From Azolla caroliniana (lineage: Eukaryota > Plantae > Polypodiophyta): a stretch of DNA of 18,419 bases. This document shows positions 18,412-18,419 of the stretch, in pieces. Location of the stretch: NCBI GenBank assembly GCA_043228905.1, contig JBHGNT010000650.1:1-18419 (forward strand), given 5' to 3'. Made by a program: the position numbers and the translations under genes. How positions within the stretch are numbered: position 1 is the first letter of the stretch; each line of letters begins with the position of its first letter. Under the pieces are notes generated by a model. It had not been told where the DNA came from, searched no databases, and was given only the letters and a program-made list of their open reading frames with translations.

Positions 18412-18419
18412 TCCTCGTG

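Overview
Eukaryotic, transposon-rich land-plant DNA; a seed-free plant such as a fern is my inference from the PPR style and retroelement types, not proven. Left to right: (1) the 5' half of a minus-strand Ty3/gypsy element with LTR, tRNA-Trp PBS, decayed gag-protease and a -1 frameshift signal (GGAUUUU plus predicted pseudoknot) leading into pol; (2) a decayed Ty1/copia RT-RNaseH; (3) a purine-rich repeat zone holding a minimal type I hammerhead ribozyme, a 48-bp minisatellite and a charged 10-aa-repeat frame; (4) the main finding, a five-exon gene relic (about 7714-10184) with spliceosomal introns that encodes a ParB/Srx-like domain fused to a bacterial/phage-type beta-class N6-adenine/N4-cytosine DNA methyltransferase (DIPY ... 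QKP ... DLFSGTGTT), visible in the ORF track only as fragments; (5) a second copia 3' end with PPT and LTR; (6) an intact single-exon PLS-class PPR gene; (7) an LTR-like segment, a LINE fragment, and a further LTR element end with a decayed coiled-coil ORF. All calls come from reading the sequence by eye; no searches were run.
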